64,000 nt of DNA. It comes from Amoebidium appalachense. Its lineage: Eukaryota > Protista > Ichthyosporea. The position numbers and the translations under genes were made by a program. The stretch is from assembly GCA_963693365.1 (NCBI GenBank), contig CAVNZM010000003.1, positions 6,104,509 to 6,168,508 on the forward strand, written 5' to 3'. The notes under the pieces are model-generated. The model searched no databases and was not told the origin of the DNA. It was given only the letters and a program-made list of their open reading frames with translations. Shown piece after piece: positions 45,753 to 59,516 of the stretch (its first letter is position 1; each line of letters starts with the position of its first letter).

Positions 45753-46873
45753 AGGCCCCGACATCAAGCCCTTCTGGTGGAAGATCTACCTCAACGCAGA
45801 GCTCAATTTTGATTGGTGGCCCGTAATCGGCAGAGATCTGACCCAGTATTCGGGCCCCGGGTCATGGGCCGACCCGGATATCATGGAGGTGGGAAATGGG
45901 CAACTGACTTTGACCCAATGGCGTACGCACTTTATGATGTGGTGCATTATGGGGGCACCACTATTGGCTGGGTGTGACGTCAGAGTGATGACGAATGAGG
46001 TGCGGGAAATACTGGCGGCCCCAGAGTTGATTGCCGTCAACCAGGACTCGTTGGCAAAGCCGGGTATGTGTGTGTGTACGTGTGTGTGTGTGCATGTGTG
46101 TGTGTGTGTGTACGTGTGTGTGTGCATGTATGTGTGTGTGTGTACGTGTGTGTGTGTGCATGTGTGTGTGTGTGTACGTGTGTGTGCATGTGTGTGTGTG
46201 TGTACGTGTGTGTGTGCATGTGTGTGTGTGTGTGTACGTGTGTGTGTGTGCATGTGTGTGTGTGTGTGTACGCGTGTGTGTGTGTGTACGTGTGTGTGTG
46301 CATGTGTGTGTGCGTGTGTACGGGTGTGTGTGTGCATGTGTGTGTGTGTGTACGTGTGTGTGTGTGCATGTGTGTGTGTACGTGTGTGTGTGCATGTGTG
46401 TTTGTGTGTGTACGTGTGTGTGTGTGCATGTGTGTTTGTGTGTGTACGTGTGTGTGTACGCATGTGTAGGTGCAATGGGTGTGTGTATGTAATCCATTGT
46501 CATGACCACAACACCCACTAGCTGACAATTACCCAATCATTATTCAGGATACCGCGTGAGCGTGGGCCGAATCTCCGGATTGGAGGTTTGGGCAAAGAGA
46601 CTGGCCAATGGCGACGTGGCAGTCTTGCTTTTAAACCGCGGTTTATTGGCTTTTAATGGACCAATCACCGTTCAGTTCACTGACATTGGATTTAAAAACG
46701 ACGATCTATTGGCTGTAAGGGATTTATGGGAGCGCAAGTTGGTGGGTGAGTTTAAGGGGTCATATACGGCACGAAATATTCCCTCTTATGGTGCACAGAT
46801 GATTAGGGTGACGCGGGTGGGTGGGGGGAGGGGTGTGAGGGGGTGTGTGTGGACAAAGCGATGGAGGGGGTGA
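41679..46873 (+). CDS. Secreted GH27 alpha-galactosidase/alpha-N-acetylgalactosaminidase family enzyme, 6 exons
   Basis: Exons 41679-41795, 42590-42845, 43708-43853, 44703-44862, 45755-46063, 46548-46873. Signal peptide, then LDNGVALTPPMGWNSW, NMDDCW, FPSGLKAL, KFGIY, WGVDFVKVDCC (nucleophile), WRSGPDI (acid/base), GPGSWADPDIMEVGN, IAVNQD. Confidence 0.95.
46066..46470. repeat. (TG)n with alternating TACG/CATG interruptions (cryptic higher-order repeat)
   Basis: Fills GH27 intron 5. Confidence 0.85.
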
Positions 46874-47122
46874 TGAGTGGGGTGGGGGTGGGACCGGCAG
46901 GTGGGGTGGGTGGGGTTGGTGGGGGTAGCGCTATGTAGACTATTTTTTATATATTTTATTTCATTTATTTATTTATTTATTTATTTTTTGGGGGGGGGGC
47001 GGGGTTACATTTTTCTTTCTTTTCTTTTCGTTTCTTTCTTTCTTTTTTTCTCTGCCTGCTTTTCTTCCTTTCTTCAACCGGACCCTTTTTTTCATGTGTT
47101 GGGGGTAAGGGGGAGAGGGGTT

Positions 47123-47165
<43 letters not shown>

Positions 47166-48023
47166 CTCGAGAGCAAAACCGTTAGACACAGGTATCGAAA
47201 ACCTAAAAATATGCTGATGATTGGCATTTATTATTTAACGTTAGTGTAAAGCAAAAGTCAAATGATAAGTGAAAGTGATTCACTGCCGCTACTGAGTGGC
47301 AGTCAAGTGTGTAAACATATCCCATAAAAGGGTTATTGGTATTATTCTGTCAATAAAAAATGATGTTTAACCTAAAGGTAAGGTTAAGGTAAGGTTAAGG
47401 CCATGTGCATGGTGGGTGTGTGGGTACGTGTGTGTATGCGTGTGTGTGTGCGCGCGCGTGGGTGTGGGCGTAGAAGTGTGTGCGCATTTGTGCATTTGTG
47501 TGTGGCTTTAGGTGCATGTACACGATTGTGCGATTTTCAGCTTGCTGTTCGAATAGAGCAAGCAGGTACAGCAAGGCAAGGGTGATACATAAGAGGCCTC
47601 TATGTGTGCATGTGTTTGTGCGTGGTGTGTATGTGTGTGCACGCGCGCGCATGTGCGTGCGTGTGTACATGTGCTTGCACCCGCGTGTGTGTGTTTATGT
47701 GTGTACGTATACACACGTGTTTTCTGTTTCAATACCAATTGAAGGGAAAGCACGGTGCTATCTTCAATTATGTTGTAACTGACTGGTTTTACTCACTATC
47801 CTCACAAGCATCGAACTAGTCCCTAAATTATGCACATAGAAAACAAATATTCATAGTTAGTTATAGTTTTATCTTGTGGCTTTACGACATACACATCACA
47901 GAGCGGCTAACCATAACCACAACAAATCTATTTCATGCATTTCAAAATGCCCTAATTTGCCGAAAGCAGATTTAATCAATGGTGCTTGCTCGGGGCAAAA
48001 ACAAACTCTCTAATTAGGTCAAA

Positions 48024-48474
48024 TTATTGGGGTTGTGATTGGCTCTCGCCTAGCAACGGTGTCGTTTCGCCGTTGGTCGCCGGAGGGTTGATGTAGAGTG
48101 GTGCAAGAGGATTGGTCGGGTGGGGGTTTAGGGGGACGGCCCAACTAGCCAATGAACTGTGAGCGTGTTTAAAATGCACCAATAGGGTGTCGGTTAAAGC
48201 AACGACACAGAAAAAGTCCTCAAGTGATTCGTCGCTGATGTCTGGATAGTCTTCAATGTCTGTTTCCTTCACCTGTGTGTGTGTGCGTGGTTGGGGGGGG
48301 GGGGGGGGGGGGGGGGCATGGGTGTATGTGTGTGTGTGTGTGTACGTGTACGTCAGTGTGTGTGTGTGTGTACGTGTACGTCAGTGTGCGTGTGTGAGTG
48401 CGCGTGTGTATGTGCATGTGTGTGTGCGTGTGTGTATGTGTACACGGACGTGTAATCTCTCGTGATCGGAAAAA

Positions 48475-48530
<56 letters not shown>

Positions 48531-48912
48531 GGGGGGAAGGGGGAAGGGGATACATGAATTTATTAAGGAGGGAAAGACAACAGTCACGATTGAAGCGGCA
48601 CTCTTTTAACTCCAAGCTAACCACCCCCCCACCCCCCCCCTCTCCCCCCCCCCTCCCCATCTCCCCCCCACCATCCTCCTTTTTTCGTTGCTTTGTGGTT
48701 CCCTGTTTTGCCCGTTTACACACCGCCACCTACCACCCACCCAATCACCACCCACCCAATCATCACCCACCCAATCACCACCCACCCAATCACCACCCAC
48801 CCAATCATCACCCACCAAATAATATCTGATTTCTAGAACTCCCTGCCTGCGTACCACTTCCATTTTTTTCAACCTTAGCAAACCCCAACCCACACTCACA
48901 CAACCTAAAGAA

Positions 48913-48949
<37 letters not shown>

Positions 48950-50023
48950 AGAGGGGGGGGGGGGGGGGAAGGGGGGGGGGGGGGGTTGTTGTGATCAAAT
49001 GCGTGGAGAGGGAGGGAGAGGGGGGGGGGGGGGGGGGGTTTCGGAAACAGCAAATCGTTTGAGGGTAGGCAAATACTTTCCTTAAGTTCGTCTGAATAAT
49101 GAATTTGGAAGAACACATACAATTGTCTTTTCCCTCGCCTCCCTTGCCAGTAATTCATTTGGATAAAACGCATAACATACCGATGTTTCTCCCCGTTAAA
49201 TCTTTCATAAAACACATATTTATGACTTTAGACAAATAGGGCCAATATACGATGAAAATGTACACCCATTCAAGGTACACAGATCCGACGAATTTATTGG
49301 TTCAAAAAAACAAAAGATCCAGTCGTGACGTAAGCAATGAAGGTGATTGGTTCCCAAAATCGGCATTCCGAGCAGTCGGCGACTCGTTCGTGTACATTTT
49401 GTGCATGCCTTTGAGATGCAGCACATGAGCAAGCTATTAAAACTTGACGAGTCTACAAAAAGCTTTTGGTATCGCTTCTACTTACAGATTTAATAAAATG
49501 TATTTATAATTTCTAGATTGGTGTGATAAAATTGCACTTCTGTCGACACCACAATCTGCCGACCACCGGCTTGTGTGAAACCCTTCATTCACATACCGGC
49601 AACGGTAAACATATGATATGCAACCAGTGACTGTGAAAATCGTGGTGTACCTTATATGGGTGAGTTCTTGCCACTATTTGCTTTTCATATTTTCGTTTGC
49701 ATATTAGCGCAAAAGTTCTGTTTTTACTCGCTATATCGAAGATTTACATTGTATACTTGGTTCGTTAAAAAGAAAGAACACGTTTATCTCCACTGGGGGC
49801 TGAGATATTGCATAGATCGAGTGCTTCTACCTTGGATGGGTGAGATACCCTACATCTGGGGAACCACATACCGATGTCTTTTTCCTCAAGTCCTTTATTC
49901 CACTCTCCAGCTCACCTACACACTTGTAGAGATCTCGCAGGGGGGCATTGGGGGGGTCGGTTCCCTCGAAAGAGTCAACAATGCGGCCAAGACAGAGAAG
50001 ACTGGCCCGGATAGACTCCGTGA

Positions 50024-50103
<80 letters not shown>

Positions 50104-50118
50104 CGCGCCAGCGTGCGG

Positions 50119-50206
<88 letters not shown>

Positions 50207-50343
50207 GTAGTGGGTGGGTGGGTGGGTCGAATCGTTTGTGTGTGTTGGGGGGTGGGGGGTGGGGGGGAAGGGGGGGGGAGTGTGTGCGCTTGTCATGTAC
50301 TACAGGTGGGTCGTGAGGGGAGGGGGGGAGGAAGGGAGGGGGG

Positions 50344-50375
<32 letters not shown>

Positions 50376-50708
50376 ATGCATTACAGAGTGCGCAATACAC
50401 ACTCACGACGGACAACATAATGCAGATTCTGCAAAGCACAGACAAAGAACATGCATCATATGAAGCTGTGTGTGGTGCCAACATTGTGTATGGTGTGTAA
50501 GTACCAAGGGTGGTGGTGGGACACTGATTAATTTAATAATTTAGGGGAAAAAATGCACTTCCTTGATGATTTTCGATACCAAACACATTTATCGCACTTA
50601 GAGCTCACACCCGCACATGGCATATTATGCTCCCGTGCAGAAAAAGGACCAGAACGAACTCGGGCATAATCCTCCACGGGGGAGGGGAAGGGGGAGGGGA
50701 GGGCGGGT

Positions 50709-50740
<32 letters not shown>

Positions 50741-51190
50741 ATCTAAACCTACCTGGACCAACTCATCCTGAAATTTCGCACAAACAGTATTTGCCGTGGT
50801 GAAATCCAACGTAGGAACAGTCATAAAACCAAGAGACCCCCTATTGCTCAGCCGGGAATTCAAAGAGTGTCCGCCAATTGAATGGCGCGCACCGAGTGAG
50901 GCGGCGTGGTTCAAACCCAGTCGAGGGTTCCTTTGGATTGGCTCGTCCAGGCACAGGTAGTACATCGTGCACAGGGTGAAGAATATTCGCTGGCTGAACA
51001 GGAGCGTGTCTTCGTATACACCGGCTAGATCCTTGTCTTTGCCTGTTAAGGGGGGTGGGGGGCGGGGGGAGGTGGGGGGGGGGGGGGGGGGGGGGGAGGT
51101 GGGGTTAGAGGGTGGCAAATATAGTAGAAAGACGATGAAAAAGCACAAGATAAAACGTTAAAGACGAAAATAGGCCTATAGAGGGAGGAG

Positions 51191-51224
<34 letters not shown>

Positions 51225-52087
51225 GGGGGGGATGGAGGGGTAGAACCTGTCTTTTGTCTTTGCGAGAAATACAAGTTTGAAGGTAATCCAAATCATAACT
51301 GACCCCAAAATTGCGAAGAGTTAGAAGTCACATGCACCTAAGCTCAGGTACTAGATACCTGCTACAGCCAGCAACTACACCACAAACGCACAAAATAATC
51401 GGCAGAAATGCCCATAACCTCTTACATCTTTAGTCACTTAGTGAAACTAAACCACTTCCCATCAAGCTAGAAAATTAAAATTTTGTAAGATGTCAGAGAT
51501 TGGGTCGGCGTCCTCTGATCCATGCATCGACTGGTTCAATAAAATCTATACTATGGTTAACTTAACCATTAGACACACCTATGTTGAGGTATTTATACTC
51601 CTCGACTGCATAAGCCAATAGCGGCTTCTAACATTTAGTGTCCTTTAACATTTGGAAATTTAAAATCACACGCACCTAATCTATGCTAAGGTATTTGTAC
51701 TACTCCACTGCCTTAGCTGATAGCGAGTCCTAACATTTAGTGTCTTTTTACAGTCAATTTTTTTTAAATCACACATACCTATGTTGAGGTATTTGTACTC
51801 CTCCACGGCATTGGCCAATAGGGTCTTCTGCTCCTCCAATCCTGCCCTCACCGCCCCCATCTTGCCAAGCATGGCCTCCCGCCCAGCCTTATCCAGCCTA
51901 ATAGGAGGAAGATGGCATAATAAGAAATCTATCTAAATTTAATCTAAGATTATAAGGATGTATCTAAGTTAAAAAATAAGATTATAACCAGAGAGGTGAG
52001 GGCAGAACCATGTGGAGTTTCAACAGCAGCCACAAACTGCATGCTTGTACGGAGCGTAAAAGTAGTGCTTAGGGGGATTCAATTTGG

Positions 52088-52118
<31 letters not shown>

Positions 52119-52843
52119 CGTTGAGAAAGGGGAAAAGCGGGATGAGGAGGGAAGGGGGTGACGAGTAGGAGGAAAGGGCATCATTTGGAGAGCAAGAGAA
52201 AGAGGTGGAGGGGTTAGAGGTGGGTCGAAGGGTGGAACGGTAGAAGTGAGTGTGTGTGTGGGTGTGTGTGCCGGGTGAGGGGGGAGGTGGGGGGGAAGTA
52301 GTGTGTGTGTGTTGGGGGGGGGGGGGGGGAAGGAGGGGGGGGGGGGGGGGGAATAGAACGGAGGGAGACTTGGGGGGGGGGGGGGGGGGGGGGGAGAGGG
52401 GGGACATGGGAACGAAGCCTTCTAGGTGGATATGTTGTGCAGTCGCGCATGCATGCGTGTAAGGAAGGGAAGGAGGTGAGTGAGTGGGCAGATGAATAAC
52501 AGCCCCCCCCCCCCCCTTTCCCCTCCTCCTTGCCTCCCCCCCACCCTTTCCCCACCCCCCCACCGAATATGCATACACCACACTGAGTTATAACCCGAAC
52601 ACCACCTACCCTCAATACACACAGACAAATACATCCCACCACCCATCCCCCTCCCCTCCCCCCCCTCACGCCCTTCCCCCCGCGCCCCGCCCCACCAAAC
52701 CATCCTCCCCCTCAACACACACACTACCCCCCCCCCCCCCCCCCCCCCCCCCCCGCCCCCTCCCCTCTGATTATCATGCATACCCTGTGTGGTTTGCACT
52801 CTGCATTGCGTTGTCTGTTGTGTTAAAGGGTGGAAGTGAGTGT

Positions 52844-52892
<49 letters not shown>

Positions 52893-53055
52893 TTCAACAT
52901 ACCCGATACGATAAAGATCGATGAGGCCAGTAACTACATCTGCCATGGCTGAGAGCATGTTGTGGACTGAAAGGTGAAGCTGGGTGGAGGCACGGTTGGG
53001 GAAAACGAGCAAAGATACAAGCCACCTGGGGGTATGTGCGTGTGTGTGAGCGGGG

Positions 53056-53091
<36 letters not shown>

Positions 53092-53679
53092 TGGGTGGGT
53101 GGGTGTGTTCGTCCGTGTGAGTGTGCCGTGTGTTGGCCGAGGGCAAGAAGGGGGAGGGGGGGGGGGGGAGGGGGGGGTTAGGGTTAGAACGCAGATAGGT
53201 GTATGTGTTGGATGGGGGGGGGGGGTGGGTTGGGGGTGGGGGTGGGGAGGCAAGGGGGAGGGGAAGACGGGGAGCTGGGGAGGGGGGGAGAGAGGGGAGA
53301 TGGATGGGGTGGGGGATAAGGGTGGCGGTGGGGGGGGGGGGGCAGGAATAATACAGGCAAGGTGAGGGGACAGCCAATCAAATACAACCTCTCTCTCTTT
53401 CATTTGTCTGCCCACTCGCTCGCCTCCTTCCCTTTCTCTCACACACACAGCACGTCTGCCCAACATCCCTACCTAGAAGGCACTCCGGTGATTTGGTTCC
53501 TATGAACCCCCCTTCCTCTCTCCCCTCCCCTCCCCTTTCCCCCGCCCCACACACCGAAACAAAACGGGAAAAAAAGGGAAAAGGTGATCAGAGTGAATGG
53601 AGTTTGTATCTTTGATGTATGTGTGTGTGTATGATTTCGCATGTGCATGTGTGTTGCCCTCAGAGCCACATACATGCGA

Positions 53680-53760
<81 letters not shown>

Positions 53761-54448
53761 GGTGTGCGTGTGTGTTGTGCATGTGTGTGTGTGTGTGTGT
53801 GTGTGTGCGTGCGTGCTTGTATACATGCACGAGCAGTTGGGTGTGTGTGAACTGTGCATGTGTGTGTGCATGCATATTTGTTCATATCCGTGTGCATGCA
53901 TATTTGTTCATATCCGTGTGCATGCATATTTGCTCATATCCGTGTGCATGCATATTTGTTCATATCCGTGTGCATACATATTTGTTCATATCCGCGTGCA
54001 TGCATATTTGCTCATATCCGTGTGCATGCATATTTGTTCATATCCGTGTGCATGCACGCACGTGCACACACGTACCCAATGATCACCCCAACAATAACCA
54101 TGCCTATCCTCGACAGATAGAACACATGGTTTGGGTCTTTGGAGCTGAAATGGTATGCCGTGAGCATATCCATGGTCATCAGCACCAGCATGAACGCATA
54201 GTCGTACTGCTTGTAGAAGGGCCGCCAATACGCAACAAAAAAAGTGGGGGGTAGCACCTGGAAAAAAAAAGGAGGTGGGGAAGGCAGGGGTTAGGAAATG
54301 GACGAAACAGTCCTCCCCCCCCCCCCCCCCCCCCCCTCCCCTGCCTCTTCCCTCCTCGCTTGCCCTTCAACCCACACACACACACACACACAGTACACAG
54401 ACACACATACAGATACACACACACCCGCCCAAACAAACGCACACACAT

Positions 54449-54520
<72 letters not shown>

Positions 54521-54818
54521 CCCCCTCTTCGAGCCCCCCCCCTGCCCCCCTCCCCCCCCCCCGCCCAAACACACACACGATGCCATCCCTTCTCCTCTCA
54601 ACTCTCATTTCCTTCCCCTCCCTCCACACACACACACACATCTCCGCCTAATCCAGCCCTCCTCCCCCTCCCGTCCCTTCCCAAACTAAACACATTGTCT
54701 TATACCACCCCCCTCCTTCTTGCTCCCTCCGTTCCCGTCTCATCCCATCCCCTCCCCTCTCTCCATACACATGCACAAGCGCGCACGCACACACACACAC
54801 ACGCACACACACGCACAC

Positions 54819-54882
<64 letters not shown>

Positions 54883-55854
54883 ACACAGACACACACGTAC
54901 ACACATACGTACACACACTCTCTCTCTCTCTCTCCACACACACACACACACACACACACACACCACCTCCCCCCTCCTCCATACACACACCCACACACAC
55001 CCTCTCTCCCTCCCCCCCATCTCCCCCCCCCCTCCCACACACACACACCCACACACACCCTCTCTCCCTCCCCCCCCTCGCCCCTCCCCTCCCACAAACG
55101 CACACCCACACACACCCTCTCTCCCTCCCCCCCCCCTCCCCCCCCTTCTCACACACACACCCACACACACCCTCTCTCCCCCTCCCCCCCCCCCCCCCCC
55201 CCACACACCCACACCCACACACACCCTCTCTCCCTCCCCCCCCCCCTTCCCACCCCCCCCCCCCCCTCATACCCACACCCACACACACCCTCTCTCCCTC
55301 CCCCCTCCCCGCCCCTCCCTCCCACACACACACACACCCACACACACCCTCTCTCCCTCCCCTCCCCCCCTCCCCCCCCCCCCCCCACACACACACCCAC
55401 ACACACCCTCTCTCCCTCCCCCCCCCCCCTTCCCCTTCCCACACACACACACCCACACACACCCTTTCTCCCTCCTCCCCCCACCCCCCCGCCCCCCCCC
55501 TCCCCCCCCCCCCCCCCCCACCCACCCACCCACCCACACACACACCAGCAGGTGGAAGTATATCCACAGGTTGTTGTCCACAAAGTCTCCATCACTGGCC
55601 CAATACAGAAGACTGGTGATGGCATAGCCGAGGGCACCTCCAAGTACAGTCCCCACAACACGCAGCAGACTGCAAAAACATGCATGAACCAGTAAGATCT
55701 CTTTTGTGGGATCCGAAGATCTATGTTCATTGGTATTTTTGCCAAAAAAAAAAAAAAAAAAGTTCAAGGACACCAATACGTAGAAACCAGGCAGTCAAGA
55801 GAGAGGGTTCCTTACTCTGGGCGAGGAAGTTCGGGGCACGGTGGGGGGCAGGGG

Positions 55855-55888
<34 letters not shown>

Positions 55889-56368
55889 GAATGTCCATTC
55901 AATATTTATGAAAGCTGCCAGACAAAAAATCGCGATAATGTTACGGGTTGTTTGGATAGGTTGTACAGGCCGTGGTAAGAAAAGAACCTGCACTACGTTT
56001 TTCCAGGCTACTTGGATTGGAGACGGAGAGTAGATAAGAAAGGAAGCTCCGGCAAAAGCCTTTCGAGGTAACCCGGGGGAAGGAGGGGGGGGGGAGGGGG
56101 GGGGGGGGGGGGGGGGGGGGTAAGACACATTCCCCCATGTGCTAATAGAAGAGAGTTTGAGAAGAGCGTACCATTTCTTTGTTGCCTCTCCAAGTGTTGG
56201 TGTAGCCACAACTATAACGGTCATAACGGCCCACTGGGGGGAGTTAAGGTGTGCCCTCAAGGTAGGCACGGTGGTTAAAAGTAGTGCTAATTGTGTGCCC
56301 ACACAGAGCTGGATGGCATAGCGGCAGCGTTTGGCATCTAACCCCAGCCAAGGCTTAAGCAAACCCAT
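48024..56368 (-). CDS. ALMT/FUSC (ArAE)-superfamily membrane transporter, multi-exon
   Basis: Exons 56368-56172, 55669-55546, 54257-54076, 53025-52903, 51897-51779, 51042-50753, 50024-49831, putative microexons 49201-49181 and 48873-48855, and 48272-48024. Motifs [67 protein letters not shown]. The C-terminal exon structure is less certain. Confidence 0.8.
48730..48820. repeat. 15-bp tandem repeat, ~6 copies
   Basis: Unit CA(C/T)CACCCACCCAAT. Confidence 0.85.
53868..54055. repeat. 26-bp minisatellite, ~7 copies
   Basis: Unit GCATATTTG(T/C)TCATATCCGTGTGCAT, just inside the donor of the 54257-54076 exon. Confidence 0.9.
54970..55480. repeat. ~50-bp higher-order repeat built of CACACACCCACACACACCCTCTCTCCCT + poly-C
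   Basis: About 10 copies by eye. Confidence 0.75.
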
Positions 56369-56953
56369 GGTGATGTTCCGCACGCAGACACCGAGAGAGT
56401 GAGAGAGGGGGGAGCAGGATGTGAGAGGGTAAGCAGAAGGTGGGAGAGAGAAGGTTTGGTGAGCACACAGGTGAGTGTGTTATATTGTTATGTGCAGAGA
56501 GAGTGTTGACTTGCTAAAATGACCTGCATATAGGTACATACATGTATACATGCACACAAGTTTACCCTCCTTGAACATCATCAAGTTCCTAGGCCTCTAT
56601 TCGAACGCGCAAGTCGGCCACACTCGTGAACCTCATGACTAGAAGTGAGATGTACGGTTTCCCGCCTCAAGTGATTCTTGTCTAATCAGCTAGTTTGGAG
56701 CAGATGACGTCACAGTGGTTCAGACCGTCACTTTACTACGGTGCTCGAAACACGGTGAAAGCCTCATTATTTGTGATGCCACATGTTCATGCTTTGAGTT
56801 GTCGAAGGCCAACTTGAGTTTTTACACCTTTTCTTGTTGCCAGGCAGAGTGAACGTGGGAGGCTGCTTCGGCTGGAGAGTTTCTCACTTTCAAGGCCACC
56901 TTACCCAATGAACACGCGCAAAGCGCAAAGGTGTGAGAATGCACCCAAGAAAA

Positions 56954-57854
56954 ATGGCGGCGAAGGGAGATGGTTTTGCTGATGCCAGCGATGAGACGGA
57001 GGGGGAGGGTGCGCAAATAACACCCAAAAAGGTCCGGCTCTCCAAGGAGCTTTCAGAAAATACGAAAGGCAAACCTCGTAACAAGACGTGTGCACCCCAT
57101 TAAGGACTTTCATGATGCTTGTCACGGTTGTATTGTAATCAAATACCACCTGGGACATTATCCCGAAAGCGCAGACCAGTTTGAGCGATGGAAAGCAGAA
57201 AACCCGCCTGTGATTTTACCGAGCAAAGGGACAAGTAAAAAAAAAGAAAAACGGCAGGGCAGTCTCTCACGAATAAGGAAACAGGTAAAAGTTGGTGTGT
57301 GTGTGTGTGTGTGTGTGTGTGTGACTGTGGGTCATGTCCACACCGGCAGGCACTGAATATGTGCGAATTAAACAAATGTCGTGTACGTTTGTGTTTCTGT
57401 GAGTGTTTGTGGTGGTGGTGGTGAGAAGAGGGAGGGGGGGGGGGGGGGGTTGAGAAATTTGCCTTGTCTGCTAGTAGTAGTGTCTGCTGGAGTCCATCAA
57501 TCGATATCATGTATGCATTGCACAGTTTAGTGGCATTGCATGCTCCTCTAACGCAGCTCTGTGACGTGTGTGTGGTTTGTTCGTCTCATTGTTTGCATGT
57601 GTCAGCGGAATTTTTTTTTGGTAATAACCCGCCCGGAGCTTTTTTGCATGGATGTAGTTTGGCTCTAAACCACAGAATCACAAACTTGCTCTATTCTGGC
57701 TCAAAAAAACATCTCAAAATTTTTGATAAATTTTGTTTATTAGGTATGAACGACCGGCCCGAGATTGTGGATGCCAACGTGACCACGCCCCCGCAAGCAC
57801 AAGCGGTTGTCGTCATGGCGGCCCACGCCGGGCCAGTGGACGTGTCTAACCCAG
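56954..57854 (+). CDS. Possible spliced gene of unknown function, divergent from the ALMT-like gene
   Basis: AAAATGG start (MAAKGDGFADASDETEGEGAQITPKKVRL), a donor CAG|GTAAAA near 57284, and an AG/GT-bounded island near 57744-57854. A complete in-frame model could not be built. Confidence 0.3.
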
Positions 57855-57931
<77 letters not shown>

Positions 57932-58005
57932 GTGTGTGTGGGTGTGGGTGTGGGTGTGTGGGTGTCACACTCGGTGTGTCACGTGTGTGTCCGCGCGTGT
58001 GTGTG

Positions 58006-58048
<43 letters not shown>

Positions 58049-58127
58049 ATGCGTGCGACGCCTTGTGTGTGTGTGTGTGTGTGTGTGTGTGCATGTGTGT
58101 GTGTCACGGTGTGTGTGTGTGTCTGTC

Positions 58128-58158
<31 letters not shown>

Positions 58159-58648
58159 GTGCAGCGCGCCCGTGTGTGTGTGTGTGTGTGTGTGTGTGCA
58201 CGGTGTGTGTGCGTGTGTGTGTGTGTGCGTGCGTGTGTGTGTGTGTGTGCGTGCGTGTGTGTGTGTGTGTGTGTGTTTATGTGTGTGTGTTGATTGTTTT
58301 TTTTTCTTTTGCTCTAAGATTTGGTGGGGAGAAGGGGGGGGGAGGGGGGGGGGGAGGGGGGAGATGGACGGCGAGGCCTTTTTTGTTTGTTTCGTGTGTG
58401 CGCACGGTGATTTTGTTCAGAAACATGTACAGTATCATCCCGTGCTACTTGCAGACGTGCTGTCGAGTTAAGTCTTGTCAAACACTGACTGACTTTTAGT
58501 TAACACAGTAGTACTAGTACTGATAAGTATAACTGTCGATAGGTCGCGATCCGGAGCCTGTTAGTGCCTTTTTGTTGCTACTCTTTACACTCAGACCTCC
58601 CCCAGATTGTTTAGCATTTACCCTTCCCCCTCCTCCCCCCCTCCCCCC

Positions 58649-58709
<61 letters not shown>

Positions 58710-59373
58710 ACACACCAACCACCCACCCACCCCGAGCGCCCCTGCTAGCTACTTTTTATATATATATATATATTAGAGATTCTTTCCTAACTTGAAGCCA
58801 TCCCTGCAGGCCTAGGTATGAACGACTCGGGCCGGGCCGCCGATGCAAGGGAGATATATGGAGGCCTTGGCACGTTCCCGTGGTCGCGAGTCCGGCCGGC
58901 ATCGCCGCTTCTTCGCAAGCACAGGTGGCCGCCATCCCAGTACGCTCCCCAAACGACCCAAAAAAGGTGCTGGCTGTTAGTTGCGGCCCGTGGATTTATT
59001 TTTCTTGCCGCTGTGTTGGCGGTTGCCACTAGAATCTACAACCACCACCCGATCTACGTTCCAGTAACACTGACACGGACACTTTGGGTTTGCCACATGT
59101 ACAGGCGGTTTGTACGGACACGGACTGAAAGAACTTTGTAACGCTGCGTGCACCTAGGAGAGGCTGAGTGCTTCAAATTAAGTTTTGAATTTGTTTGATA
59201 ATAATTTGGCGCTTCTGGCAGGTGTGCGTACGGGTGGCAGGTACGTGCCGTTGCGAGTTGTTGTTTTGGATTTTGGGGGGGGGGGGGGGGGGGGGGACAC
59301 AGAAGTCTGTGTTACCATACATATATACTATGTGAGCGTTGCTGAGTTCAACGGTTTGGTCGGTCGGTTTGTA

Positions 59374-59480
59374 CAGTATGCGTCCACGCATAACATACCG
59401 CCCCGACAAGGGTCGAGGTCGTTATGTTAAATTTTAATTAGTATCTAAAAATAGGCTCCCAGAGCCCGTCTCGATTATGT

Positions 59481-59516
<36 letters not shown>

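Noticed and set aside
47375-47400. Interstitial telomeric repeat (TAAGG/TTAAGG)
   Set aside because: Only ~4 mixed units; indistinguishable from a chance microsatellite.
51247-51310. Additional ALMT-like exon
   Set aside because: The flanking exons already join in phase 1 without it, and its acceptor and frame are ambiguous.
53868-54055. U12 5' splice sites (ATATCCGT) within the 26-bp repeat
   Set aside because: They are on the non-coding strand of the host gene with no matching branch point.
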